Assembly (NCBI GenBank): GCA_045659825.1
Contig: JAZRCP010000102.1
Span: 1 to 63,733, forward strand
Reading direction: 5' to 3'
DNA length: 63,733 bases
Source of the DNA: Dysosmobacter sp.
GTDB lineage: Bacteria > Bacillota > Clostridia > Oscillospirales > Oscillospiraceae
Shown here: positions 39,311 through 49,208 of the stretch, in pieces
How positions within the stretch are numbered: position 1 is the first letter of the stretch
Layout of the letters: each line of letters starts with the position of its first letter
Notes under the pieces: generated by a model
Databases searched by the model: none
The model's input: only the letters and a program-made list of their open reading frames with translations
Told to the model about the DNA's origin: nothing
Program-made: the position numbers and the translations under genes

Positions 39311-39352
39311 GGAGATGCACCCAAGTGGCTGAAGGGTCTGCACTCGAAATGC
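39311..39352 (+). pseudogene. 5' half of native tRNA-Ser(CGA), interrupted after the anticodon loop (left junction)
   Basis: GGAGATG acceptor pairs with CATCTCC-GCCA at 48711-48721; shared core CTCGAAATGC. Confidence 0.9.
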
Positions 39353-39399
39353 TGTGCGATAGGGTGGTTATTGGTTTTAAAAGTGAATAGTTGTTACAC

Positions 39400-39441
39400 G
39401 GAGGTGTATCGAAGTGGTTATAACGAGCTTGACTCGAAATC
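39400..39441 (+). pseudogene. 5' half of a second, element-type tRNA-Ser(CGA)
   Basis: Close match to the first 42 nt of the intact copy at 39477; breaks right after CTCGAAATC. Confidence 0.85.
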
Positions 39442-39476
39442 GCGTGATTCGTCTCCAAAACTGCATATTTTTACAC

Positions 39477-39565
39477 GGAGACGTATCGAAGTGGTCGCAA
39501 CGAGCTTGACTCGAAATCAAGTTGTCCGCAAGGGCACGTGGGTTCGAATCCCACCGTCTCCGCCA
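39477..39565 (+). tRNA. tRNA-Ser(CGA), intact, island-borne
   Basis: 89 nt, long variable arm, loop CTCGAAA, GGTTCGAATCC, GCCA; terminator 39567-39602. Confidence 0.94.
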
Positions 39566-39644
39566 CAAAACCCTTGGAAACAATAAGTTTCCAAGGGTTT
39601 TCTTGTTGGACATAATAAACTTTTGATGGAGACCGATACTCAAA

Positions 39645-39765
39645 TGGTGCCCGTGGTACCCTGTTTTGTGGTGCCAAAGCCCAGGACGGCATTCATCAGC
39701 AATGAATGCCGTGGGGCCCAAATGGTACCCGGAGGGGTGGTAAAAGGCTATGAAGTTGGGTGCCA
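39645..39765. repeat. Six short TGGT(G/A)CC-like repeats plus an inverted repeat; possible integrase arm sites
   Basis: Copies at 39645, 39654, 39669, 39712, 39723, 39758. Confidence 0.5.
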
Positions 39766-39936
39766 CAGCAAAAGTGATTTATTTGGCGATTGAAAAAAGA
39801 CCATAGCGCTATGGGGAATTATGCTGTGATATGGGGATTTCCTTACCATCCAGTCAGCCTGACAGATGCCATAGTCGTATTTTTTTAGGATCACTGTTTT
39901 GCGGCCATTGATGTGTTCTTGTTACAGAAGGGGGCG

Positions 39937-41316
39937 TCAGATAGTTTTTTCTTCGGGACCAAGATTCAGCAGGACGTTGCCATCTTCGTCGTAACGGACG
40001 GCGTCACGATCCAGGATTAAACTATCCATATAGGCAAGGTAGTCTGGGATGGAAGGGAACCGGGGAGTGAAGTCGGCAATGATCTCTTTTGCCCGGGCGG
40101 CTCCATCGCTGAGGAGCAATTCCAGCATCAGAGCGTGGGATTTGGCGATATCCAGACAGTTTGCGGCGGCATCGGAGAAACCGTAGTTGTCGCCATGATC
40201 GATGCCGCAGGCGCCGCCAATAAAGGGGTGGATGGCGGGCATGACACAGGAAACATCGCCCATATCGGTGCTGCCCATGTTCCAGCCAGCGGATTCGAAC
40301 ACAACGTTCTCCAAGCAGCATTCCATAGCTTCACGGGCCAGCTGCAGGAAAGCAGGATCGTTGATGCAGGGAGCATAGCCGGGACGGTCACAGAGAGTTA
40401 CGCCGGCACCCAGTGACGCGGCGGAAGCGGCCAACGCCCGGTTGACCTTGCGGTTAGCGTCCTGGATAGCCTCCGTGGTTTTGCCGCGGACGAAACTCTC
40501 CATCGTCACGCGGTCGGGGATGGCATTGACCACGGTACCGCCGGAAGTGATGATGGGATGTACGCGGACATGTGCGCTGTCCTGGAAGGTTTCCCGCAGC
40601 GCATTGATGGCAGAGAGCGCCTGATTGGCAGCATACAGCGCGTTGATGCCCTGATGTGGCGTACCGCCGGCGTGAGAAGAGCGGCCGGTGAAGGTGATCT
40701 TCTTGCAAAGGCAACCGTTTAGTCCACCTGCGAGATAGCCGCTGTGGGGAGGAAGATTGGCGGCAGTGTGGATCATCATGGCTATATCCACGCCGTCCAT
40801 CATACCTCGGCGCATGAATTCCTGCTTGCCGCCGAAATAGGAAATGACGCCGTTCTGACGCAGCTGTTCACGGTATTCGATCTCAATGAGTTCCTCCGCA
40901 GGAACAGCCATCAGGCGGATGCGGCCACAAAGACCGTCCAGTGCACCGGGTTCTTCCAGGGCGGCAGCGAGGCCCAGCAAAGCTGCTGTTTGAGAGCAGT
41001 GTCCGCAGGCGTGAACGGCACCGGTTTCCGGGTCAGCTGCGGGATGGGTGGGGACGATGAGGGAGTCCAGCTCACCCATGACCAATACGGTGGGGCCGGG
41101 GATACCGGTATCCAGATCGGCATAGAAACCGGGGATGTTGCCGGCGGCTACTGGTTCATATCCCAGGGAGAGGAAGGCGTCCCACAGATACTTATGGGTC
41201 TTCCATTCCCGGTAGCCGGTCTCAGGATTGGCCCAGATATAATCAAAGGTATCCATGGTTAACTGGCGGAATTTTTCGACGTTTTGGATGTGAAGAGCCT
41301 GTCTTGCAGAATTCAT
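39937..41316 (-). CDS. M20 amidohydrolase (Acy1-like 2 / AbgB-like)
   Basis: NPETGYRE, GELDSL, HACGH, VPAEE, GSTDMGDVS. Confidence 0.88.
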   Translation of the reverse strand: MNSARQALHIQNVEKFRQLTMDTFDYIWANPETGYREWKTHKYLWDAFLSLGYEPVAAGNIPGFYADLDTGIPGPTVLVMGELDSLIVPTHPAADPETGAVHACGHCSQTAALLGLAAALEEPGALDGLCGRIRLMAVPAEELIEIEYREQLRQNGVISYFGGKQEFMRRGMMDGVDIAMMIHTAANLPPHSGYLAGGLNGCLCKKITFTGRSSHAGGTPHQGINALYAANQALSAINALRETFQDSAHVRVHPIITSGGTVVNAIPDRVTMESFVRGKTTEAIQDANRKVNRALAASAASLGAGVTLCDRPGYAPCINDPAFLQLAREAMECCLENVVFESAGWNMGSTDMGDVSCVMPAIHPFIGGACGIDHGDNYGFSDAAANCLDIAKSHALMLELLLSDGAARAKEIIADFTPRFPSIPDYLAYMDSLILDRDAVRYDEDGNVLLNLGPEEKTI

Positions 41317-41607
41317 AAATACCTCCGTGTTTGAAGCATGAAGCCATGTGCGAAGGCTATGTTCCGGCATTTTTCATGAAGTCGGAGCCTTCATTGGAAT
41401 CAGTTTGGCAGCGATTTTGCTGTTAATTTTTTTATTATAGTGCCAAAAATTGAAAAGTCAAGGAATTTTGGCCGGGCACACCACAGAACTCCGACAACGA
41501 CACCCCGCAATTTGGCAGTATGTCAAACGGGAGCAGACGAAAATCTACTCCCGTTTCTTCAGGCAGTAACGCCACGGTATGCCCGTCTTCCGCATTCCGG
41601 GGAACAA

Positions 41608-41898
41608 AGTAACGTAGGCATTACCGTCACTGTCAAAAAGATCAATTCTGCGGCAATTAAAGCTGCTGTTAAGGACGGAAAGTTTGATGCCCTGATCTAT
41701 AACATCTCCCTGTAACCTATCGGTGACCGTTTTGCCCTCATCCCCAATATCAACCATTCCACTAAACGCACTAAGTATGATAATCCTGAAATGATGGAAA
41801 AGTTTGCGGCGGCTCTGGCGGGAAATGACGATGCCAAGCGCAAGGAAATCTACAAGGAAATCCAGGTCGAGCTCCACGAGGAACTTCCTGCTGTATGA
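41608..41898 (+). pseudogene. Fragment of peptide ABC substrate-binding protein (family 5, C-terminus)
   Basis: VGITVTVKK..GKFD and, in another frame, YDNPEM..KRKEIYKEIQVELHEELP. Confidence 0.6.
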
Positions 41899-41989
41899 TT
41901 TCGGTAAGAATCCTATTGGGCAGTAGAATGGTCGGGTTTATATTACCAGCCTTACTGCAGGACGCTATTATGTGTATGCACTGGAAAAC

Positions 41990-42450
41990 GAGGCTTATGT
42001 TGTTGATGGGGAACTGAAAACCGTTTATGTGCAGTCTGGAGAGACAACGGAAATCACATGGGAGAATACTCCTGTTGGTGGTTAAATCCAGATCATCAAG
42101 AAGTCTGCCAACGATAGCCCCATCAACGGCCTGCCTGCCGGTATGCTGCTGGAGGGTGCAGTATTTGAGATTTACGACAAGGCCGGAAACCGGGTAAATA
42201 CCATCCAAAGTGACCGAAATGGCCGCGCTGTATCCAAACTGTTGCCTCTGGGGCGATACGCCATCTGTGAAGTGTCTGCCCACAACTATTACTCCCAAAA
42301 TTCCACCGTAATGACGGCTTATCTGGAGCATGAGGGGAAGATCGTTACCTTTGAGGTGGAGAATGTCAGTGTATCCGCCGGTGTTTCCATCAAAAAGACC
42401 GGCTATAACGAGGTCATGCCCGGACAGCCCATCAAGTACACCATGCATTT
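41990..42450 (+). pseudogene. Fragment of SpaA/Cna-B-type pilin/adhesin
   Basis: LEGAVFEIYD..GRAVSKLLPLGRY..EV; upstream in-frame stop; truncated. Confidence 0.7.
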
Positions 42451-42682
42451 TAAGAGACCTTTTGGATATTTCCGTCAATATTTTTGCGTGCTATAAAATG
42501 TGCTACATGTTACACACGCCCTGTCAATATCTATCCGTATGGGGCATTATTCCCGATTTAATAGGCCTCGCTGAGTCAAATTTGCACACCCTATAAAAGA
42601 AAAAACCCTTTAAATAATTCCACAAAAGACTATTGATGCTACGGTTATATCCGTGTACTATATGAACAAAGGAGCTGTTGAT

Positions 42683-42907
42683 ATGAAAACAAAAGAAGCG
42701 ATAAGAGAAATTATGAAACAACAGAATGTTGGCATATCTGCGCTGGCCTCCAGAATAGGAAGGACACCCCGGTTAGTTTCAGACCGCCTTTCTCAGGGAA
42801 ACATCAGTATTGAAAAGCTTAACGAACTACTCCGCGCCTTGGACTATAAGGTAGTTGTTGTCCCTGGATCCTGCGTGACAAAAAGCGGCGAATACGAGAT
42901 AGAGTAA
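42683..42907 (+). CDS. Small HTH DNA-binding protein
   Basis: EAIREIMKQQNVGISALASRIG..LNELLRALDY; RBS AAAGGAG. Confidence 0.7.
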   Translation: MKTKEAIREIMKQQNVGISALASRIGRTPRLVSDRLSQGNISIEKLNELLRALDYKVVVVPGSCVTKSGEYEIE

Positions 42908-42909
42908 GA

Positions 42910-43399
42910 TGGCGACAAGATGAGAGGCAAGAGGATGGACCGTTCGGATTACCATAGGATGATTGCGAAGCTCGTACCAAGCAACATAGTGATATTCTCC
43001 AGCTTGGACCGTATGAGTCGTAATTACGAAAATATTGCCCATGAGTGGGAGTAAATCCCGAAAGAGCTTAAATGCGATATTCTGATTCTGGATGTGGCAG
43101 ATTTGCTGGATACCCGTAAGAGTAAGGAGCTAATAGGGGCATTGATTTCTGATTTGGTTATGTGATTGCTTAAGTATTTAGCTCAAACGGAGCGCGAAAC
43201 AATGGCATATACCAAGCGGACGGTATTGCCGCAATGGCTGTCGATGAAGAGGAGTATAAAGCAAACAAAAAAACTGGCTGCCAGAGTGTGGATGTTGATT
43301 TGGAATTGTTGGGTGGAGAAACAATAGCAGAGGCGTGTGATCGGATAGGTATCAGCCGGACAACGTATTATCAGAAGATGCGGGAAATGTGGACATAAT
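42910..43399 (+). pseudogene. Frameshifted resolvase/invertase (small serine recombinase)
   Basis: SSLDRMSRNY, LLDTRK, LAQTERE and terminal HTH GISRTTYY across frames with stops. Confidence 0.75.
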
Positions 43400-43574
43400 C
43401 AAATAAAAGTCCGCTACATTGCAAAAGAGGTTTACAGACAGCATGTGCTGTTGCGCTTTGTACAAAAAATGACACGAATAATTGTTCCAAAAACAAAACT
43501 CGAAGAGGTATGCTTAATCTACAGTTTTGTTGCATTACTTGTTCGGGGCATTGGGGAGCAAAGAAAGGCTCGAT

Positions 43575-44723
43575 ATGTTTATTTCTGAAGATATTGCCAG
43601 TCTGATTGTTCAGGACATTAAAAAAATAACTGGCTATGATATAAATATCATGGATGAACAAGGGATCATCTTTGCTAGCACGGATTCCGCTCGAATTGGG
43701 CAACATCATGAGGGCGCCAAAATCATTCTCGCCGAGAAACTGGATTGGTTGACTGTGGAAAAAGACGCCTCCCTTAACGGAGCGCGGCCAGGAATAAACT
43801 TGCCGATTGAGGTTGAGGGAAAGGTAGTCGGGATAATTGGTATTACTGGATTACCAGAAAAAGTTTCTCCCTTAGGAGCTGTGATAAAACGGCTGACGGA
43901 AATCATGGTGCGCGATGCTCGGCAAAGAGAAAATGGCGTTATCCTGAATGAAGCAAGAAGACACTTTATTGAAAATTGGCTATTCGACGAAATGTTTGAT
44001 GAGCAAGAAATGGCAATGCGTGGAAAGCTGATTGACATTGACATTTATCAGCAATGGACTGTAGCAGTTTTGGATATATCGGAACCGGAAGATATGTCTA
44101 AAATCGAAAATAGCCCTGTTACCTTGGAGATTCGCAATGCACAAGTTCTAAAGACCATCCAGCTTTGTCTACACAGCGAGGATCACTGCTTATGCGCCGT
44201 AGTCAACCAGCGGGTTCTTTTGCTGTTTTCTGGCATTAGGGCGAAAGCGGTCGCGGATCGGCTCGCTGAGATTAGGTCCGTGTTGAAATCTACTTTTAAT
44301 ATCAGCGTTTGTGGCGGAATCAGTGCAAACAGTTACTGCGGAAAATCTGTCCAGCAAGGGTATAGAGAAGCAAAAGCTGCCTGTAAAATTGCTTTTTTTG
44401 GAGCGAAGAAAATCAAACAGTATAACGAAATGTCGTTGGAGTTTGTGACGAATTCTATTCCTGAGGATATTCGCGCAAATTTGAGAGACATCCTGTTTCA
44501 CTCATGTAATAGTGAAGAACGCAAAGAAATGATAGAGACCTTGCAAATTTATTATAAATACGACGGGAACATATTAAGGGCTTCTGAAGAATTATATATT
44601 CATAAGAACACACTTCACTATCGCCTGCGCAAGATTGAGGATAAGACCGGATACAGTGTGCATAATCCTATAGGGAATATCATGCTTTATTTGGCGCAAT
44701 TTGTTTCGACTATGGATAAGTAA
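43575..44723 (+). CDS. cdaR: CdaR-family sugar-diacid/glycerate-responsive regulator
   Basis: INIMDEQGIIFAST..RIGQHHEGA, GINLPI, LYIHKNTLHYRL. Confidence 0.9.
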   Translation: MFISEDIASLIVQDIKKITGYDINIMDEQGIIFASTDSARIGQHHEGAKIILAEKLDWLTVEKDASLNGARPGINLPIEVEGKVVGIIGITGLPEKVSPLGAVIKRLTEIMVRDARQRENGVILNEARRHFIENWLFDEMFDEQEMAMRGKLIDIDIYQQWTVAVLDISEPEDMSKIENSPVTLEIRNAQVLKTIQLCLHSEDHCLCAVVNQRVLLLFSGIRAKAVADRLAEIRSVLKSTFNISVCGGISANSYCGKSVQQGYREAKAACKIAFFGAKKIKQYNEMSLEFVTNSIPEDIRANLRDILFHSCNSEERKEMIETLQIYYKYDGNILRASEELYIHKNTLHYRLRKIEDKTGYSVHNPIGNIMLYLAQFVSTMDK

Positions 44724-44749
44724 AAGATCTAAGGATAGAAACCGAGCAT

Positions 44750-45064
44750 ATCTTTATGCGCCAATTATGTTTCTTGCGATGAGGCTCGCCCCGATATGGT
44801 GTCGCCCGTATTCATTCCTGAGAAGTGTTTAAGACAAATGCCCCAACCATCTTGCTTACCGCTGAACTTGATAGCCTTCGGGACCAGGGTGAACGCATGG
44901 GGCCCCTACTGTATGAGAATGGAGATCCTGCTTTGATTAAGCGCTATCAGAATATGCCTCATGGATTCCTTCTGCAAACCAGCTGTGACAAAGCGGAGGA
45001 CAAGTATATAGATCAAGTTTGGACAGAGCAATTTCTGCCAGGATTACGAGCGTTTCTCCTATAA
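44750..45064 (+). pseudogene. C-terminal fragment of alpha/beta hydrolase (HSL-like esterase)
   Basis: PTILLTAELDSLRDQGE..YQNMPHGF without an N-terminus. Confidence 0.6.
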
Positions 45065-45157
45065 ATGACATGTGTCGATTGCGTTAAAGGTGGATTCGGC
45101 TTGTAATAATACCAATGTGTTTAACTGAACTACATTTCGAAGGAGAGACGTGAAGCG

Positions 45158-46441
45158 ATGGCAGTGGTTCAATTTCCTTACGGCAAGGACTATCTGAAAT
45201 TTCAGGTTCCTGAAGAGCGTTATATAGGCACCTTGGTTTCGAGAATGCATCACTATGTGAGCGAACAAAATGAAACGGAGTTGGTGCGCGCTGCGTTGGA
45301 GCACCCTATCGGGACGCCCAGGCTGCGTGAAATGAGCCGTGGAAAGGACAAAATCGTAATCATTGCATCCGACCACACCCGTCCAGTCCCTTCAAAAATT
45401 ATTGCACCATTGCTTCTTGCAGAAATCAGGGAGGGAAATCCTGATGCGGATATTACTTTCCTGATTTCCACCGGCTGCCACCGCTGTACCAGCGAGGAAG
45501 AATTGGTGGATAAATTTGGATCTGAAATTGTTCGGAATGAAAAAATCTACATTCATGACTGCGATGACGAGAGTATGTTGGTGAATGTGGGGACACTTCC
45601 TTCCGGTGGAGAACTGATTTTGAACCGGTTGGCCATGGAGGCCGATCTGCTGATTGCAGAGGGCTTTATCGAACCGCACTTTTTCGCCGGTTTTTCCGGC
45701 GGAAGAAAGAGCGTTCTGCCCGGTGTTGCAGCAAGAAAAACAGTGCTCTACAACCACAACGCTGCATTTATTGATGCGCCGGGTTCTCGTACCGGTGTGT
45801 TGGAGAACAATCCGATTCATGAGGATATGCTGTATGCTGCCCAGGCTGCCCATCTTGATTTCATCTGTAATGTTGTCATCAACTCCGAGAAAAAGGTGAT
45901 CTGTGCAGTGGCCGGTGATGCAGAGCTTGCCCACGCGAAGGGGCGGGAGTTCCTGTGCAGCCAATGTATGGTGGAACGAATTCCATCAGACATTGTAATT
46001 ACAACCAATGGCGGATATCCTCTGGATCAGAATATTTATCAGGCAGTCAAAGGCATGACGGCTGCAGAAGCAACCGTAAACCCGGGCGGCGTGATCATTA
46101 TGCTGGCCAAGTCCAATGATGGGCACGGAGGAGAGTCCTTTTACAAAACGTTTCGGGAGAATAAAGATCTCGACCAATTGATGAAAACGTTCCTTGAAAC
46201 CCCGCCGGACAAGACGATCATTGATCAGTGGCAGTCGCAGATTTTTGCCAGAGTTCTTTTGAAAGCATCTGTCATTTTTGTTTCGGATGCGCCGGATGAT
46301 ATGGTGGAAGACTTGCATATGATTCCGGCACACTCTCTGGAAGCGGCTGTCCAAAAGGCAGATCGTTTGTTAGAAGGGAAAGGAATACACAACGCCGGAA
46401 TTCTCGCAATTCCGGACGGAGTGTCTGTTATCGTTCGATGA
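45158..46441 (+). CDS. larA: Nickel-pincer-dependent lactate racemase family (LarA homologue)
   Basis: SDHTRP, TGCHR, EPHFFAGFSGGRKS, GYPLDQNIYQAVKG. Confidence 0.92.
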   Translation: MAVVQFPYGKDYLKFQVPEERYIGTLVSRMHHYVSEQNETELVRAALEHPIGTPRLREMSRGKDKIVIIASDHTRPVPSKIIAPLLLAEIREGNPDADITFLISTGCHRCTSEEELVDKFGSEIVRNEKIYIHDCDDESMLVNVGTLPSGGELILNRLAMEADLLIAEGFIEPHFFAGFSGGRKSVLPGVAARKTVLYNHNAAFIDAPGSRTGVLENNPIHEDMLYAAQAAHLDFICNVVINSEKKVICAVAGDAELAHAKGREFLCSQCMVERIPSDIVITTNGGYPLDQNIYQAVKGMTAAEATVNPGGVIIMLAKSNDGHGGESFYKTFRENKDLDQLMKTFLETPPDKTIIDQWQSQIFARVLLKASVIFVSDAPDDMVEDLHMIPAHSLEAAVQKADRLLEGKGIHNAGILAIPDGVSVIVR

Positions 46442-46781
46442 TATGCTTTAAACGATCTGAATGCCAAGCTGATTATTTACCGAGGCAATTATTATGAATA
46501 CAAATTAATATATAACTGCACCGGAATCGGTTTTGGTTACAGATAACGTAGCCGCTTACATAATTATGTGTTTAGCAAACTTTTTATAGCAATCCTCAAA
46601 GCAAAATCGGGGCTGGCCACTAGGCCAGCTCTGATTCTTTAAAAACCAACGTCTCAAAAGGCAACACAAACGATGTGTTTTTCAATATTACAGACAGAGC
46701 ACATATGGATTCTACTTTTTTAAAAAGCAGAAAGTATAAAAAGCGAAGGCTTGCAACAACAAACAAGAAGGGATATTATTT

Positions 46782-48026
46782 ATGAATCAATTCCTGCGAA
46801 ATGACGCAAAGCAAATCATCCAACAGGCGATTTCTTCTGTTTTGCCGGATGAAGCTGTACAGCGTGCCCTGCGAGGCAAAGTGTTCACTGGGCGTACCGT
46901 TCTGGTGGCGGTAGGCAAGGCGGCTTGGCAGATGGCAAAGGCCGCTTATGACTGTGTCGGAGACCAGTTTGATGCCGGAGTGATTATCACTAAATATAAC
47001 CATGTGCCCGCTCCCATCACCAACTTTACTTGTTACGAAGCAGGGCATCCTGTGCCAGACGAAAACTCTTTCCGTGCTACGCAGGCAGCCATCGATATAG
47101 TGTCCGACCTGGGAGAGGAGGACACGGTGGTGCTCCTACTCTCCGGCGGCGGCAGCGCCCTCTTCGAAAAGCCCCTGATCCCCGACGAGGAACTGCAGGA
47201 TGTGACAAATCAACTGTTGGCCAACGGAGCTAACATCGTAGAGATGAACACCATACGCAAGCGGCTTTCTGCCGTCAAAGGCGGACGATTTGCTAAGCTG
47301 TGCGGTCCCGCAAGGGTCTTTTCTGTGGTGCTCAGCGATATTCTGGGAGACCCACTGGATATGATTGCCTCCGGCCCTGCCTATCCGGACCAGTCCACCT
47401 GCTCACAGGCACTGGATATTGCCAGGCGATACGGTCTGCAGCTTTCCACTCAAGCATGGGAACTCCTCGGCAAGGAAACTCCCAAAGAACTGGACAATGT
47501 GGAGACTATTATCACCGGCAGTGTGCGAGAACTGTGTGTGGCGGCCGCTGATGCTTGCTGGAGATTAGGATATCGACCTATCATTCTCACAGACTTGTTA
47601 AGCTGTCAGGCCAAAGAGGCTGGCATCTTCCTGTCCAACATTGCCCGCAGCAACGCAAATACCGGATCCTCTCTGGCGTTCATTGCTGGGGGCGAAACGG
47701 TGGTGCAGTTGACTGGAAAGGGAAAGGGCGGTCGTAACCAGGAACTGGCGTTATCTGCCGCAGCTGGTATAGCAGGCCTTGATAATGTTGTGATTTTTTC
47801 TGTGGGATCTGACGGGACTGATGGACCTACTGATGCTGCGGGCGGTTTAGTAGACGGCGATACTGCCATGGAATTGGAGGCACAGGGCATACAAATCCAT
47901 CAAATTCTACAGAACAATGATGCCTATCATGCTCTGCAGAAAGTAGACGGCCTATTGATGACCGGTCCCACAGGCACTAACGTCAATGATGTAGCTGTTG
48001 TTCTAATTCAAGGAAAGAAGCTATAA
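46782..48026 (+). CDS. Glycerate 2-kinase (MOFRL family)
   Basis: GKAA, AGHPVPD, LSGGGSAL, IASGP, GGET, GGRNQE, GPTGTNVND. Confidence 0.92.
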   Translation: MNQFLRNDAKQIIQQAISSVLPDEAVQRALRGKVFTGRTVLVAVGKAAWQMAKAAYDCVGDQFDAGVIITKYNHVPAPITNFTCYEAGHPVPDENSFRATQAAIDIVSDLGEEDTVVLLLSGGGSALFEKPLIPDEELQDVTNQLLANGANIVEMNTIRKRLSAVKGGRFAKLCGPARVFSVVLSDILGDPLDMIASGPAYPDQSTCSQALDIARRYGLQLSTQAWELLGKETPKELDNVETIITGSVRELCVAAADACWRLGYRPIILTDLLSCQAKEAGIFLSNIARSNANTGSSLAFIAGGETVVQLTGKGKGGRNQELALSAAAGIAGLDNVVIFSVGSDGTDGPTDAAGGLVDGDTAMELEAQGIQIHQILQNNDAYHALQKVDGLLMTGPTGTNVNDVAVVLIQGKKL

Positions 48027-48662
48027 TCGTAAATGTCATCTGGAAGGATCGATGTATTAGATTATTTGATTAAAAATGCCCAGATAGTGTATGGCACCGA
48101 TGCGCCTGCTTATCATGCATGTCTTCTTCAATACTTTGCTGAATAATTACTTGATAGAGCACCGAAAGAGCGCCGTTACATTGTAGCGGCGCTCTTTTTT
48201 AATAGACGATATAATTCAGAGCGCCATAGAGTGCCACGAATCGAAGGGGCGGTACTTACTATGAATCTGGAAGCAACAACAGCACCGTATGTTGATGTGA
48301 GGTTAGATCGAATTAAAGTGGTTTTACAGACTTACCATGATGAGATCCTGCCGGAGCACCAGCCTGAAACACAAAAGAAGCAGAGTTGTAAGAAAAATGA
48401 ACAGGTGAAGTAGTCTTTACTTTTTAGGGTGGGAGAATTACATTGTATTTAGGATGCTTACAGTAGATTTGGCGGATGTGTATCAAGTGCGCAGATGATT
48501 CTGTGCAGTAAAATTGCAGTAAAGCTTCAAGAAATGAAGTAATAAGACGTTGCACCAGGTTTTAAGGGGAAACGCGGAAAATCTTGATATTACAGGGATT
48601 GATGGAGAAAAGATAGAAAGCGATTTAAGAAAATAATAGCCAAAAATCTCATCTGCATCGTT

Positions 48663-48721
48663 CTCGAAATGCGGTAGGCGTGTCGAAGCGCGCGGGGGTT
48701 CAAATCCCTCCATCTCCGCCA
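48663..48721 (+). pseudogene. 3' half of native tRNA-Ser(CGA) (right junction)
   Basis: CTCGAAATGCGG, variable arm, GGTTCAAATCC, CATCTCCGCCA, then terminator 48724-48753. Confidence 0.9.
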
Positions 48722-48928
48722 ATGCGCCGCAGGTACTGCCTGCGGTATTTTTTGCTGCCGATCTCGTTGACATTGTGCTGCGGGAAAGGTACGATATATT
48801 TAATAAAACTCTCTGTCCGAGATAAGTATTGGTGTGCATAACTGACCTTTTTATTCATTTTTTATGAATGCCCAATAAAAAGGAGCAAGGTATATTTCAA
48901 CCTTGCTCCTATGGGATATATGCTATTC

Positions 48929-49208
48929 AGTTCAACAAATTCAAGTTTGTCGAACTCTATTATTCTTTCTCAGCCAACATTCTAATGCTTGCGGGGTTGT
49001 CAATGTAAGTTTCAGTATATCCGCACTCAGGACATACAGCACATTTGATTTTTCCCAAGGAGCCTTTGAACATTCCATTTTCTCTAACTTCTATACCATA
49101 ACCACCTCTGGTGACCATAACAGCCAAATCTTCAACCATTGTGGTTTCACACCTTAAACATTTTCTCATACAATCACACTCCTTTGTCAAATTCAAGTTT
49201 GTCTTACT
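48929..49208. repeat. Two directly repeated dif-like sites flanking one passenger gene
   Basis: CAAATTCAAGTTTGTC exact at 48936-48951 and 49188-49203; first copy lies in AGTTCAACAAA-TTCAAG-TTTGTCGAACT. Confidence 0.8.
48960..49169 (-). CDS. Small zinc-ribbon protein, 69 aa (passenger)
   Basis: CLRC..CPECGYTE; leader ACAAAGGAGTGTGATTGT-ATG. Confidence 0.85.
   Translation of the reverse strand: MRKCLRCETTMVEDLAVMVTRGGYGIEVRENGMFKGSLGKIKCAVCPECGYTETYIDNPASIRMLAEKE

Larger units (their letters stand above)
39343..48672. mobile_element. Decayed genomic island integrated in tRNA-Ser(CGA); no intact integrase
   Basis: 10-bp direct repeat CTCGAAATGC at 39343 and 48663 separating the two tRNA halves; visibly lower GC; many gene fragments. 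Confidence 0.88.

Noticed and set aside
39311-39565. Repeat-spacer pattern as a CRISPR array or intron-containing tRNA
   Set aside because: The repeats are tRNA-Ser 5' halves; no cas genes or group I intron core; the matching 3' half is 9.3 kb away behind a direct repeat.
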